Source of the DNA: Balanoglossus misakiensis
Lineage: Eukaryota; Animalia; Hemichordata
Direction of reading: 5' to 3'
Length of the DNA: 64,000 nt
Assembly: GCA_040954595.2 (NCBI GenBank)
Contig: CM082581.2
Coordinates: 12,969,921 to 13,033,920, forward strand
In this document: positions 38,351 to 53,400 of the stretch, piece by piece
How the letters are laid out: each line of letters starts with the position of its first letter
How positions within the stretch are numbered: the stretch's first letter is position 1
Notes under the pieces: generated by a model
Databases searched by the model: none
Told to the model about the DNA's origin: nothing
Seen by the model: only the letters and a program-made list of their open reading frames with translations
Translations under genes and position numbers: made by a program

Positions 38351-38401
38351 TCTTTCCCTTCTCTGTCTCTCTATTTGTCTCTCTCTCTGTCTGTCTGTCT
38401 C
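38351..38401. repeat. CT/CTGT-rich low-complexity tract
   Basis: tctttcccttctctgtctctctatttgtctctctctctgtctgtctgtctc. Confidence 0.75.
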
Positions 38402-41400
38402 AAAATACACCCCTGTAATTACTGTACAATTCGTGATAATTAGGTTGGCCAGGGATGTGCAGTTATATTGTATAACAGGAATAGGTGAGTAACATTTCCC
38501 TAGAGTGTCCATGAGTTACTACTCATATGTGCTATTCCTCAGGAGAACAATAGTCAAGCCTACTGTCATCCAGTCAGACGATGCGTAGGCATGCTCTTAT
38601 ACGTAGTCACGACAATACACTACAGAAGTTGTCAAAATGTCACCTTGTGAATCTGTCAACCAAGCCACCGGAGAAAAAGGTCAGATTTCGCTGCCTGCAG
38701 GGTAAGAGATTATGACAACTTTGCACTAGGAACGGACGTGCAACCCCGACATAGGTTTCAGTTAGCGATTTTTTCCTACATTGGAATTCGAAACTATTAG
38801 TAACATATCGGCACAAGGTGTGTCATAACACACGGATTGAATTGCCGTAACCTTTACTGGGGCACTGGTGCACGTTTATTACCCCATGTCAAACTTATTT
38901 ACTGGAATTGAAGAGGGCAATAATCAGGTGATATAGCCTGCGTGACCATGCATGGACAACAGCTTTCATTCTCATTACATAGTCGGATATCCAGGTCAGA
39001 GAGCCCCCAAAAGTAATAAACGTTGAAACAGCTTACTCCTTTAACATTGCTCTATTTTGAAAGAAATTTTTGTGGCTTGTTCACACTCTTTAAATCTGTC
39101 AGGCGTGAATTCTGCAGAGACTTCAGAACATGCATATTTACGATAATACATACAGTCATCTAGATAGTCATTGCAAAGAGTGTTGCGAAATTGTCTATTT
39201 GGCGCATTTCCCAGGGGTTGTCCTTCAAGTTTTAACGACATGTTTGAAACTGCGGCATATGAAGAAAAAACAACTTCATCATGCAAAATACAACGTTAGG
39301 GAACCCCTGGGTTTGAGTAAATTGTAGTGTGGTTTTTTTTCTTGAGAATTCATGATTAAATTACATGCAACAGACCATAACTTTCTTCACGACCTTCAGT
39401 TTCAATTTTTGTTCGTGTCATTGCCTCACAAGCTATGATTACCAAACCGGAAATGGCAATATAGGTCTACCGGTACAGCCATTGAATGACATCAACATTG
39501 TTAAAGCTGGTCTCAAAACGGAAGTCTGGTTTGCTTTACATTCCTTAAGTTGAACGCAGAATTTGAGAATTTGAAATTATTAGATTGAATTAGACTTGTT
39601 CTTATTACTTGATATTTGAGAAAAAATATATCTCGTGATGTTTTAGTTATGGGAAGATTGTCGCACTGATGATTTTTTCGACGTCAATAGAAGGTTAAGT
39701 ATATGCAAATCCTAGAATCGAGTAAACTTAGTATAACATCAAATGTCCATTGCGAGAATTAAACAGAAGGTAAAACAATGATCCGTTTTTGTAGTGGCCA
39801 TTAAAATACAAATGACCGCGTCCATTTTTCACACAATGAGGCAACAGCGTGATGAACACAATGACATCTTCACCGGGACCGCAACATGAAGTAAGACCAT
39901 GCACAGAAAGTGTTACTTGAAAAACAAATTGTTTGCAGCTTTACTTAGAATGAGGAAAAAAACAACCCTCCGCCCAGAGCAAGTATTTCTATTACACGCG
40001 AAGAAGATTGCATGTGCTACACACAATGAAAGGGGCATTCATAACCCGATGTTGCTTTGGAAAGAAACACGAAGTCTAATCATTATTCTCTGTTCACAAA
40101 CACTGAAATTTCTCTCCGACAAAAGCGCAGGAACTCCTCAGCTCGTAACAAGCAAGAATCAAAAATACAAGGTACACTTGTACGGCAATAGGATTCGGCG
40201 TTTACCATGTCACTGTTGATTTGAATAAACTGCTTCTGTGATTAAGTGTATTCCAGATGGAAATCTCGCCCAAGAACACAAAGCGCGAGACGGTGTACAT
40301 TACACAATCGATCATGTAATAACCAGTACAGCGTCTACATTTTAATCCATCAATGGTAGCAATACTTCTTTAACGAAGATTAATATCTGTGGGGATAATA
40401 AAAACATCGTTATGTTGGTGCAAAGTATAGATTTCTCCCCGTTAAAAGACAGATATTTATTGAAAAAATGGTCTGGTTTAAACAGCATCTTTCTCTTAAA
40501 GTTTAAGTATTTTATCTTATTTTATATTACCATTAGCGGTTCATAGTGAAAGGTGAAAGTTAAACTTTATAGTCGATTGGTTTATTTCACCACCTGTTGT
40601 CTTAAATCTCGTTTTACACTTAATGAACTCCTGAGTGTGAATTTTTCCAGGTATAATGAAAAATCCACGTCTGTAATCCCTAGATCATGACTGTAGTTAC
40701 GGTTTCCGGTAGATTACCTTCTTACGTCACATGAGTCTGCTACTTTTCCGTTTCAGTGTAATGAGCTAAATAACCTACATGGTACGGAACAGTCAGCTCT
40801 ATTTAGAATCATTTTGAGAACTTGTTGGCAGACACATGCCGCGTTCTCAGATATTGCAAATGAAATACAGTGCCCCAGGAAAAGCTCAGGCCAGTTGTAG
40901 GCTCAAGTTTTAACTCAATTTTGTCCTCACAGGCAGAATATCGCGACGAAAGTTGTCTCTTACTTTCGGCAAATAGACCCCTTTTAAGATTTGCGAGGTA
41001 GTTCCAGACAATACCATGTCTTTTTCGTGTTTTTGACATTAAAATTGACCTGCTGGGAAAATATATTCAATAGAGTCACATCATCTCATCAGAAGGTTGA
41101 TTTTCTCGATTGATTAAGTCTGTCATTCGTCCTTCCGTCTGTCTGCCTCAGTGACTATTTACTTAATAAATTATTCAACTGTGCACGTGGCGGTTGCTAA
41201 ACCGACCTTGTCCTAAAAAAGGGCGCCTATGAACTTGTATGATAATACGCCAAACGCCATGCTCCTATACTGTAGGCAAAGAAAGCGTGGTCCCAATGTT
41301 TATCTGACCTCTCTATTTTCGAATATCTGTACATTTTATTCACAAACATGGTCATTATGGTAACTGAGGTTAACTACAGAAGTGTACAGTTCCAGTGGAC

Positions 41401-44400
41401 AGCATACTTGAAAGGAAACTCACATATCAATGATCAGAGATTTGCCACAAGATGCAGCATCCATGATTTCTCAGAGTCTGCGCATATAGTGATCTATTAA
41501 CCAATCTGACTAAATCACATCGTTTATTCAAATTCAGTTGGCGAGTATATGATACACATTATGGAGAATTGCTTGTTGTTCAGAAGGCCAGTAACATTCA
41601 GATAATTTGAATGGATTTTTTTAGTTATAGGCTTCGTATAATAGAGACTTTGAAGAACCGGCATTCTTTTATTTTCGTCGGCTCGTGAGCTCCCATTACA
41701 GGGACCTAATGGGCAGAGTACAATGTATGCAAAGGCTTCAGGGAGTGTGGTAATGAGACGTATACGCATCAGTGAAAATCAGTAAATGCGTGTTATTGTA
41801 AAAGAAACCCGTGTTGAACTGTAAAATGACCAAAGAAGTTAACTTTAACATATTTTCTCCAGTAAACTCTTAGTGCTTACGAAGGCTCTGTTAGGTTTTC
41901 CATTTTGTATTTGGTTCTTGGTGGATATTTGTGGGTATATATTTTAATGGTTCTATGTGTAGTCAAACACAATTCAGACAAAATGTTTCATATTGAAACA
42001 GGAAATGGTAAATAAAAGAAATCAAATGAATATTACAGATGTGTGAAAGTTATGAAAACAGCACTGATCCTGTTTCCGTAAAGGCTTCGATACGAGTGGG
42101 TGAAACATTTTATAAGTACATAAAATGCGCAAAGAATAAGTAGAATATCAGGCGTGTTATCTACTAGACACGGTGGGTGTTTCTTCCAATAATTAACTTT
42201 CGAATCACACAGAATACCAAGAAAAGCTTATTTAATGGCACATAAAACCCGCCAACACTGTCCACAATACACTTGTATATTTCAAGCCCGGTTTCGGCCA
42301 GGGTGGTAAGCGTAAATGATCGCCGCTCAAACAGGAAATTAGTCTCATTTGACATTGACGTCGTACGCTGGCGGATTAGTGTCGTTTGAAAAATGAATTG
42401 GCCAATGCAGGTCAAATCACAGAAGTAGTCTCACCAGCTGCAATGGCTTTTGAATTGTTACCATCTATTTTGAACTCAATCGTTTAATCAGGAAGAATTC
42501 GGTAACATCATCTCATATCAGATTGTAACAATTGATAGCATGTTTCAAAATCACACTTTATATCAAATAACGTGCAGAGACCGGTATATGTACGTTTATT
42601 TTATCAAATTTTGATTTTTTTTATCGTCTCATTATATAGTTTCCAGTAAAGTGGGCTTGTTGCCTGTGGGCATTTGAATTATGCATGTTTTTGGCCTTGA
42701 ATATTATGTTTATTTGCACGTTTGCCAAAGAGGGCGCGCAGCATGACCGAAATTAGGTCTAATATCAATGACATCACTATTTAACACATGATCACACAGG
42801 TAAAAAATCTTGCGGGTTATTAAATCGCCTCTCAATACAAAACTAGCTGATGAAGACGTTTTTTAACATTTTGATTTCAACTTTTTTAATGAAATAATTA
42901 CGCATTGTCATGTTACAAAAATTGGGACAATAGTATCACTATGTTATGTTAAGTATTTGTTTAGGCAAGCAAAGCATCATTTCTTTCTTTTTATTTTGAT
43001 CTGTATTTGGTATAATGCTGTGCGGCCACTTAGCTTCTTACTTTGCTTTGTTTAGTTTTATATCGTTTTATGATGTTTTCGATTGTGCCCTGGTGTGGCC
43101 AGATTGTGGTAATTGTATGATGCGGCAAGCAATAACACCATCACTGGGGTTTGATGTACACATCTGGTACACAAAGTACAATACGTCTGGCGCCAAATGG
43201 ATGTATTTACCATTTAGCCTGTATTCATCACAAACCATCTTTAATAAATTACCAAGGACAGAATGACAAGATCGATCAATCATAAAGCACATTAAAATCA
43301 CAAAACACAAACGTCGAGGATAATAATATTCAACAAGTTCAACTGATGCCGAGCTCATTGATCACGACTTTCACATGTCTGGTTATTGCATTTTATTATC
43401 TTATACTGAGCATGGAGTGTGCCTTCACGAAGATGGCAACGCTCCTGATAGTATTTTATATTTACAACCGCTACTTTTTCATGTCAGTTTTGCACAAGTG
43501 TCCATTGTTATGGGACAGTCTCAAAGTCGTTCAACTCAAGAGGTCTCGAAGTTACATCATTTGCGTTAATGGTGCACCATAAGTGAGAGCGATTTGTTTA
43601 CCTCGCTGAGTGAACAACATAGAATGCCGAGTGCTCGCGGCTATTTAAATGAAATACTTTAACAGTACGTTCATTTGGTACTAGCTAGTCCATTTGACGT
43701 CATTTGCACAAAAGCGTGTTTTGAATAAAAACTCTGATCTGCATGGTTGTAGACTGAAACGCCACTAACATCTGTTCACAATAAAACGCTGCGCACAATA
43801 ATAGGAGAGAATATCATCTGATGAAGAATTGGAATGCCAATCAAAATTTTTGATCATAATTTAATACCTCATCCCTCAACAAAAAGCGAACCTTTTTTTC
43901 ATCCACAACTGTCCTCGTCATTTATAACAAGTCTCGATTTAAATTCGGGGAAATTTGAATAGAATCTCTGAAGAAGGTAATCAGCTGGCCTATCAGTGGT
44001 ATTGACTTGTAATTTTGGTGTCTTCGTGTTGTCAACTGGCGTTGGATAGGGCTCGGATATGCAAGATCAAGTCGCCTTTACTTCCTGCTCGAGTAATTCC
44101 ATGTGTCAAGGCTTGCCGCAATTGGCTGTCTGCGGATTGCCACTCGAGTCTAGACGTCACCGTGCTTAATAAGCCTACGATTAGCAGCAAGCATTTGGTT
44201 TCCTTTTCCAAGATTTTGTTACATTACGGCAAAGCAGAGAACTGTTGCTCACGGACCCTTCAAGCTTCGCGTATTTACATGTGTTTTTGCCGAAGGGTTC
44301 CATTTCAGAACAGTCCTCCCATTGATTGAAGTTTTGAATTCCATGAAAGATCTAGCTTATCTCCAGAAGTAATAGCATGACCATGCATGCTGAAAGTAAA

Positions 44401-47400
44401 TATCCTACTTTCCTGTGCCTTTTTAGCTCATTTTGATAGACGATATATTTGATCAAAAGAAAGATAAAATAGTATGGTTGATGTTGCTATTTATATATTT
44501 ATATTAGGCGTGTTGGAGATATATTTATTTTAAGACATGAAATTTGTGTCCATGGTGTATACGCCGCTGATAATCATGATGAGCAGGGATTTGGCAAATG
44601 GATAATACAATACCAATTAATCACTGTGAAGGATACAATGTGTCATGGATGTACATTTCCAAATCAATTCCCGAAAGAAAGACGTCAAATCTCTTCAAAC
44701 AAAATGGTTTGGACAAGACAGAAAACAAGAGTGTAAAGTATCATGCATTTTATTATTCGCCTCACACGTGTGCCTTAGAAATTTCAAATGTATGGATACG
44801 TTCATGTGTACTTCGGTCGCTGACATTACAGCCTTTCCCTTACTGTTTGTGCTCTGTTGCACCGAGGCTTTTCAATTAAGAGACAGACTCGCTGACATAC
44901 AGTATTATTAACGCCAAACTGGAGTTATCTTATATGCTTCGTTTCACACCCACTTTGTTGGTATGGAGCTCTTGGATAAAAAAAGACAGATTAAATCCCG
45001 CTGGTGTTAGTATAAACGCGATTAGGATTATTTGTGTGAAAAAAATTTAACAATAACTAGAACAGCCTGACACAAGAGTGCCATAAATGCCAGAAGTTGC
45101 ATACAGCGTGGCTGTAATTAGACGTACATATACATATAGTTACACACACACAGCTCCATAACTCGAGTTTTGTTTTCTCTAACGAGTATGAAGACAGAAA
45201 AAACATCAGCCTGTCTAGACATTTTATATTGCAATTTCATTAAAATGTACGTGTCACTGAGAGAGGTAGATTTTTAATTGACTGTGAGCGTTAGGGGTGA
45301 CTTCAATTTAACACTCACGTAGTAAGCCTTGTACGTCTTGAGGTACACTTTTACAAGAAATGTAACCTTTCGTCGTGGAATTTGATTGATTTTGGAGGTG
45401 ACTGTTTGGGTGATTTATCCTGTGGCAACTTAATGAACTACAACCACATCATTGACTGAATTATTTGAAGGTTTGTGGGTATTCCACAAAGTAAATCTGT
45501 TCTCAGACTAGTACTTGCAACACAAAGAGGGAATGGACTGATTATGCGTCAAAATGTTTGACGTAAAGCTTATTACGAGCAATATAATTGATAACATGCA
45601 GGAATATTATTGACATCTCCGTGTGGCATTTAAATATAAGTTTAGTGCAACTGGTATTTCCCGGTTTATAGGAAGTGTGGGGTTTAGGTTTTAGACACTA
45701 CACGGTATAAAGATTTTCAAAGCCAGGATATCACACTCAGAACAGTAAATACAATAAACGGCTTGCCTAGAAGATTTTAATCGGAGGATACATTATTTGA
45801 CAAATGTTACGGCAAAAGAAGAAATTACAGTTGCAGTTTGCCTTTTAAGATGGATTAATTCGCTGTATATGCATTGTCTGTATGGCCAAAGAGGTAAATG
45901 GCATGTGATTTCACCATTCTTGTGGGGCTGAAAGCCTCTTGTTACAACATCACAGACCTCAAACTAACTAGAGACAAGACCATGCAGACTACCACTCACT
46001 ATAAACAGAGATTTTTTTTTATTTGCTCCCAGATCCTTCTCCCACGCGCACTACACTTTACCACCATCATGTCATTTATTTACCGTCGATTAATTCCGAA
46101 ACCAATTGCAAGCAGGCAACCCAGGAGAAGGTTTATGGACTCATTAAATGATAATATCTCGAGTGAATGCCCTAATATAACCTCGATTTTAGTCATCTAT
46201 CCGATTTTCAATTCACTGTCATGACTCGGGGTTTCCTCAACCAGGATAACCATTCCTGTCAGAGTACGCAAACGTGCTCAGCACCGCAGTGATGGTCTTT
46301 CCACGCGACATGTGGACCTGACATGGCTAAATAATATATGTCTGATCGAGACATGGGCACAGAAGATGAAAAATCAAGGTGTCATAAATTGAAAACGTTC
46401 AAAATCCACGCCTGACAATAACAAGTGGCAAAGCAATAAAGCCAAATGCTGACACGTCACCATACGTCATCGTAAACGTCTAACAGGGTAATAGTTGCAC
46501 CATCTGGTTTTGCCACATACATTGTTGTGCTGTCGGAACTACTCATATCAAATATCATATTTATCAGAAACACACTTGTATTTCGAATGCAATATGGTCG
46601 AAGGCGCAGTGTAAATTTTAATCAGCATTTCCCACGTAATAAAGTACCGGTATATATTAAGTGCCGTCAATCATGCACGGGCAGACAGATTATTTAAAAA
46701 TTCATTGACAGCACGTCCCATTCAATCCAGACGCTCCAGTGCCCTCTAACAGCTTTCAAAGATAGAAATACTCAGAGGGCAGGTTAGCCGACGAGCGTCA
46801 AAACCTGAAGTAATTTTCACTTATCGAACATCGTGCTAATACTGCCAAAGATAACACAGCCATATGCGGAGTTTTAGTTTGTAACACAACTAACTTCGTT
46901 CAAAAACCTAAAATGTCTATTGAAAGGCTGTCGCCACCGTCTGTCAGGAATGCAGTATGAAGTATAACCCTCTCTTTAATTGCAACTTTGAAAGATTACA
47001 ACTTCGACAGAATATATCAGTTTCATGTTGGCAATGATTAAAACCACCAGAAAGCATTGTGGTAGCATGAATGTGAGCGACACATTTGCCTCAACCTGTC
47101 ATGCGAGTTTTTAATTCACGACCGAGAAAAGGCGGTGGAGTTCGCTTCAAATTCTGAAAAACATTATTTTTTTATGCTGAACTGGTCGCAGGAAAACCCA
47201 TAAATTAGTTTGTTTGAGAAGTAGTGAGTCTTTTGTTTCATGTCACGTGCTTGTATACCCAGTATCACCGTAGGTGGCACTGTTTTGTTGAAAATTCTGG
47301 GGGAGGGGGTACACATATGGGATGAATGTGTATTCTTGACGATTATGTACTTAGAGTCGGTATGACAAACAAAGAGTGAACGTGTTTGATCAAAGAGACC

Positions 47401-50400
47401 ACGAAGGGCGTTCTGGCCTACATTTTCATCGTGGACAATGCTATGTATATTGACTAAGATCGACGAGTCAAAAACTGCGAGGCATTCGGTTCATTTGCAA
47501 AAACAAATTTAACAGCGATGGGTTGAACGCAAAATGTCACCTTTAGTGTAAACAACGGTAATTGCACAATAAATGATTGAAAAGACGTAAGTCCTACTGG
47601 GATACTGTTCGATACAGTCTTTTTCTCAATTGCCCGATACTTGTTCTCTCGTCACGCTCTAAAAATACACAGATAGCCCTTCTCTGCAGAAACTCATTCA
47701 CAGGCAACAGTCTAAGGCACTCACAAGCATGCAGGTATCAATTCCCAAGGGAAAATTTTTACAGTCATGACATACTTTATACGTGTATCTCGGACAAATG
47801 ACCTTGCTCTAGTTTCTATTTGTGTGAAATTGTCAATGGACATGTTCTCTTTACGTCATCGCCACTCCATATATATTTGATACTTGTACCACTTGACCCT
47901 CGCTGAATTAACTTCCTTTTTTTCTTGCAGTACTGAATCCATTCAGGTGGAATCCGCATTTTAATATCAGGAGAAAAATGGCATTCCGGTTTCACCACTC
48001 CTAGCAGCTTATATGGAAAATTGAGATCACTATACACATTGCCTGATTTGGGCGAACTGGATCCTACCTTATGTCAAATCTCTATATCACCCTCTATATA
48101 CACAGATGCATATTTTACCCTACATATACCCGTTAGTAAGCACGACTACAATAACATTTTCAATTATATACGATGCAAATCCGCTTACTACTGGCTCCAT
48201 TTAAGAACCCCTTCGGCTTTCCCTTTTTGATTTCCGTCATATACAATGAAAAATAATGATTACTTTATAGAGGTTACGGCAATAGGTTATTAATCTTCAG
48301 ATAAATATCATGCACTTGGATGTGAAGTCTCAATTAAGTCGCGGGATCAGTGCTGTATTGTGACCGGTAAAAATAATAAAATAATTTAACAGCTGGTACT
48401 TTGTGGTGAATGACATACAAACTTGATTTTGGCCTAATTTATCAATTTAATCGCGTGATTTTTCTGTTACAGTCAGAGAAGAATGATAATAAATATAAAT
48501 TTTAGTCATGGGAATGATAGCGTGACTCGCTCCTTTTCACATCGTTTAACTTTATCACACTTTACATCCAGAACGTGAAAACATCTCAAACTGACATTGA
48601 ATTATCATGACCCGATTTACAGGCTAACAGCCGCCAATGTTGAAGAAATGCGCTGAACTCTAAATGACGACATGGGAATTTGAGCATAGCAACCGGGCGA
48701 TTCAGACATAAATAGCGTAATTCATTTCATTCCTCTTAGAGTAAAGACCGTGATCTATTACAAAGAATTGCACATCCAGCAATTGATAAGAAACTGAACA
48801 CGTATTTCAGTTTATAATAGCCTGATTCACACATAGCCTGCTTGAATAACTCGCACTTCCAATTTTCTGTTGGATTCAGATTACTCCCAGCTGGGCTTAA
48901 AACGCTGTGCCGACGCAAGAATTAAATTATTCTCATTTTCTGCCACAAGGTTGGCATCTCACCGATTCTGTTTTAATCCTGATTTGTTGCAAAGATATTG
49001 GGATCAACTGCTGATTCCTTACAAATATATGTATGGTCTTGTAATTGAATAAATACACACATACATATTTCTCATATGACTAAAACTTCTGTCATTTCAA
49101 GTAACATTATCAGGGAGCAAAATACACTCCACTAATTATTCACACACAGGTACTAGTAGTATGTACACTTCTGTATCTCGATGATGCAATATAATTATTT
49201 ATTTGCAGTTTACGAAAGAAGAAGATGCAAAGTACATTAAACAGATAATGCATGTGTGAGATAAGTAAATTAATTATTTACAGTTATGAAAAAGTAATGG
49301 GTGCACCTTGTGCATGTACATTATCTAATTATCTAGTTATTTTTTTTTTCATTTAACACGTTAAGGTCAAAAATTTAAGTGAAGAGACCAATGAATCCAT
49401 TGTACTCGCAACATGATTGCATGTCTGAATGCTTGGAGTGATTATGGAGTACTGCTTTGTTGTTCGTTATCTTGCGGATGAAAAAATTGCATTGTGGCCA
49501 CTAAAAAAGCTCGCGACAGCTGTTTCAGATGTTCCAAAAGTGGGAACTGACATGGACTGACGCCACGGGGTTGATAGAGATACATTTAATTTAATATTAA
49601 AGGTCTTCTTAAATTAAGTGGAGCCGCGTGATCTCCATGTCATCAGGAGCAGTTCTGTCACTGAGGGGCATCGTTCACTGCTGATGAGATTTCCTTGCTG
49701 TTATGAGCTTGCAAAATATCATTACCTGAAGAGTCAAACTATGTCTGCTTTTGGCGAGGCAATGGGTCTACTGCACTGACATTGAATTCTAAACCTTGTT
49801 TCTTTCTTTAGCATATTCCTGTTAGCTTCAAGTACCGTACATATATATTGTCCAAACCTTCCAAGATTGCTGAGCTTGCGCATCAGGGGAATTCTTCACT
49901 ATACTTGTTTGCTCGGAAAATATGCCTTGTATAAGACGTCATGGGTCTACTTAGCCCGATAAGCACAATACCATTTTGATTGCTGGATGGGGACAGCAAA
50001 GAAATAAACGAGGTACAGAAGACCATATCTTGCAAAATTCTGTATTTTAAGACAGTAATATAGCGGGTCTAAGTGGTAACGTACAGTAAATCACATTAAC
50101 TATGTTACACAAATGGCGCATTTTCTGTCCAGATAGCTTATAAGGTAATACCTCAAAACCAATCAGCTAAAACATCAAAGGTGATACATATCGCTTCTGC
50201 AAAAGTTCACATCCATCATGGCCGCTAAACAATATTCATCACCGTTAACTCCTCTCGTCCCAGGAGAGTTCAGCGATTTTCAAAGACTCGATGTCCTATC
50301 TAACAGGGGACATTTTCCGGGGAAAAACTGATGGTGGCGCTATGTAACTGTTCATATAGTAAAAGTCTTCGAAACTAATAACTTTTATCAATCGATGATC

Positions 50401-53400
50401 TCGATTCTACAGCTGATTTAAACTTGGTAATAACAGTATCATTCATTTGATCCCTAGTGTGCAATCAAAGTGTCGGCCAGTATATATGATACAGTCAAGT
50501 TCCCGATTTTATTACGCTCTATTTTTATATATAAACGCCGCGGTGCCTGGGGAGATTAAAGGGTGCTCTGGATAATCAAATGGGTAGGTTCATTTCACAG
50601 TGACTTGATGCGCGATTAGACGATGGAAATGATTATAGGGTGTCACATCCATGTATCACTGGTAACCATGCATGTCCATTCGTTCGCTGCCTTTATATAT
50701 CTGAGAGTAATTGGGAAAAGGGAACTTCAAATTGCCCTCGAACACTTGACCGAGTGGGGGAATGAGCATATAATAAGTGTTGCAATACTGTATCCTTGAT
50801 ATAAAACCATGTGTATGTCAATTAAAGTAGAATGTCGTATGCTGTTTCAGAGGCTGCGACATTTGTAAGATTACACGTAACCCGTACTTTGGTTATGTCA
50901 AAATATGACAACACTCAAACATGCAGTAGGCACGATGCGGCCAGTAATGGTGTATCCATCACCCGCAAGCCACATGGGGTGTGTACACTCTGGCTGCTTG
51001 GCTAATACATGTATATCTATATCTTCGCACACTATGCTTTATGGTTTCACTTAATAAATAAAATTCGATATGATATGGCACTTAAATGTTTCTGGTTAAA
51101 ACGCGTTTATGTGTTGTAACAGTCAGTTCATATATCAAATCGTGTCAGAGATCATTGAGTAAGATACTGAGGTTCCATTACATAGACGGAGTGGTATTAA
51201 TGACATAAGCATTTGATTTTCAGGATACAAGACATGGCGATACCATGTGAAACAGTGTACAAAGTCCATGGGCAAACACAAACCACAAACCATGCACACA
51301 CCAGGAATTCCATGACCAACAAGAGGCCACAAAGGCTCTGGTTGAAATAGACAGTTAAGAAACACGACTATGCAATAGGCAGTGGTTGTAGCTGATGGTT
51401 CGCTGAAATGTAGTCTCCTCCGGCAGTACGAGTGACAACAACTCCATCCAGGAACTGACACTTAAACATGTATGTACGTGCATAGGTTGAATCAAATCGC
51501 CTTGCATTCGATAAGGGTGTGCTCACTCAGTAGCCACAATGTTATCGCAACGTCCACGCAAGATAAGATGCCCTTTCCACGAGAAACTTGTATTGTAAAC
51601 TTTTCAAGTCACATTTTTGTTCATGCATTGTCGTTTATTCCAGGGGTCTTCAAAAAACTTTCAATTGTAAATCTCTTACACAGCATGCTTCCCCAGGCTG
51701 TAACCGCCAACATCGTGCATGCGACTCAAAAAATGTCGTATGTGAACACCTCATCATGTTAACCAGCACTTTTTCGTGCAAAACAACAATCTAAAGAAAT
51801 ATCTTGATGATTTGTGTTGACTATACATATATTGATGATTTGGAAATATCACACACTTGAATTATTTATTTTCACAGACTCTGATGTTAAATACAAAAAG
51901 ATCTTGCGATTAGACTAGCAAAGAGACGTCTGACAGTTGCATCAATACAGAACGTGAGAATGGAAAGTAAATGATTGTGTAAAACATGACCCTAAGGGAT
52001 CATATGTGTAAGGTTTCCATGACTTGATGCCGGCTCTCGGCTGCCCCGCTGTGTTTTTTCTTTAATCTGATCTTGCCTAGATGCGTATTGGTATTTGCCT
52101 GGGAAAGTTGGTGGGGAATGATGCACTTAAGTTCGCCAACTGTATACATCAACAAACCAACTTAATTCAACAGGTGCATGACATTGCGAAACTAGTGGGA
52201 GACACCAGTAGGACTTTTTTATCAGTTGAAAGTTTCAAATTGACTTTCTTTCGACGTATACCTCTATTTACAAACTGTAATTGAATTCCTTGCATTTCGT
52301 TAGTCAATTTCTGCGCTAACGTTATTTACACAGACCAAATCATAATGTTTAAATAATTTAAAAGTCCACCTTCGTCAGCCTTTAAACTTAATTGTTTTCC
52401 TACATGTATGTGTATCCTTACATGCATGTGTGGTTAATCATCGATCCAGGGATGCCAGTTAGCATAACGACCGTCGGCTGTGAGTTTGCCAGCAGAGATA
52501 GAGATGTGCACGCTGAAGGATATACCCTGAAGTCTACTCTACACTGACTGGATTTGTTAAGTATGTTAGTCATGCTGGATCGGTTTCTGTAGAACTCAGA
52601 CGATGCTTAATTTGATCAGAGCAATGCACCATCCAAGGTGACTTCTCGACGCAGCGTACGTGGCTGAATTCTCTACTGATGTACAATGTACATCATGTGA
52701 TCATTCGAGTTTTCATCCCACTTGTCTTGTACATACCCCAGGCTGAGCTTTAGGGTACATTGTTGAGTTGGTTGCAAAATAAGGTTGCGCCTCATTACAG
52801 CGCCGCTGATTCATCGGGTTCCAACATTAAAGATAAAATCCCCATCATTTTACCTATCACCATACTGAAACATTGAGCTGTTTATCATATTTATCAATCA
52901 GCCCCTCAGTGCTGCATGCTGTCTATGTCATCCATTCTCCCTGTAATCTCCCTACTTTGGTTGGGGTAGATTTGAAGTTGACTCTGTACTCTGGTTAACA
53001 GCGCTCATTGTTTTTCTTGAAAACAGGACCACCACGAGGAAAAATGCCCATTCTCCCATTCAATTTCACAGCGATGTAAAATATGGCGTGGTCCATTTCA
53101 GAACAAAAAAATATTCTTTTTGCATAGATTCTGAACAAAGTTGCCAACGGCAGCAATGCACTGATAGAAGCTTTGTCACTGTTTGTGATATACTTTTCCC
53201 ACCAAGAAAGATGCCAACGGGGGATTGGTATGTACGCGCAGATTTGCGTCATTTTCAAAGTACCTGCAAGGTTTGGACTTCTAGACGAATTGTTTCGGAG
53301 TGAATGCCGCCGTGTCTGTATGAAAGATTCAGCGTAGAAAACGGCAGATTATCGGTCAGGTTTATAAGATAGTAAACGAGAAGCTTGGATTTTTGTCACG

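Noticed and set aside
46276-46295. REST/RE1-like site (TCAGCACC)
   Set aside because: Only the left half-site is present, and the GGACAG half is missing.
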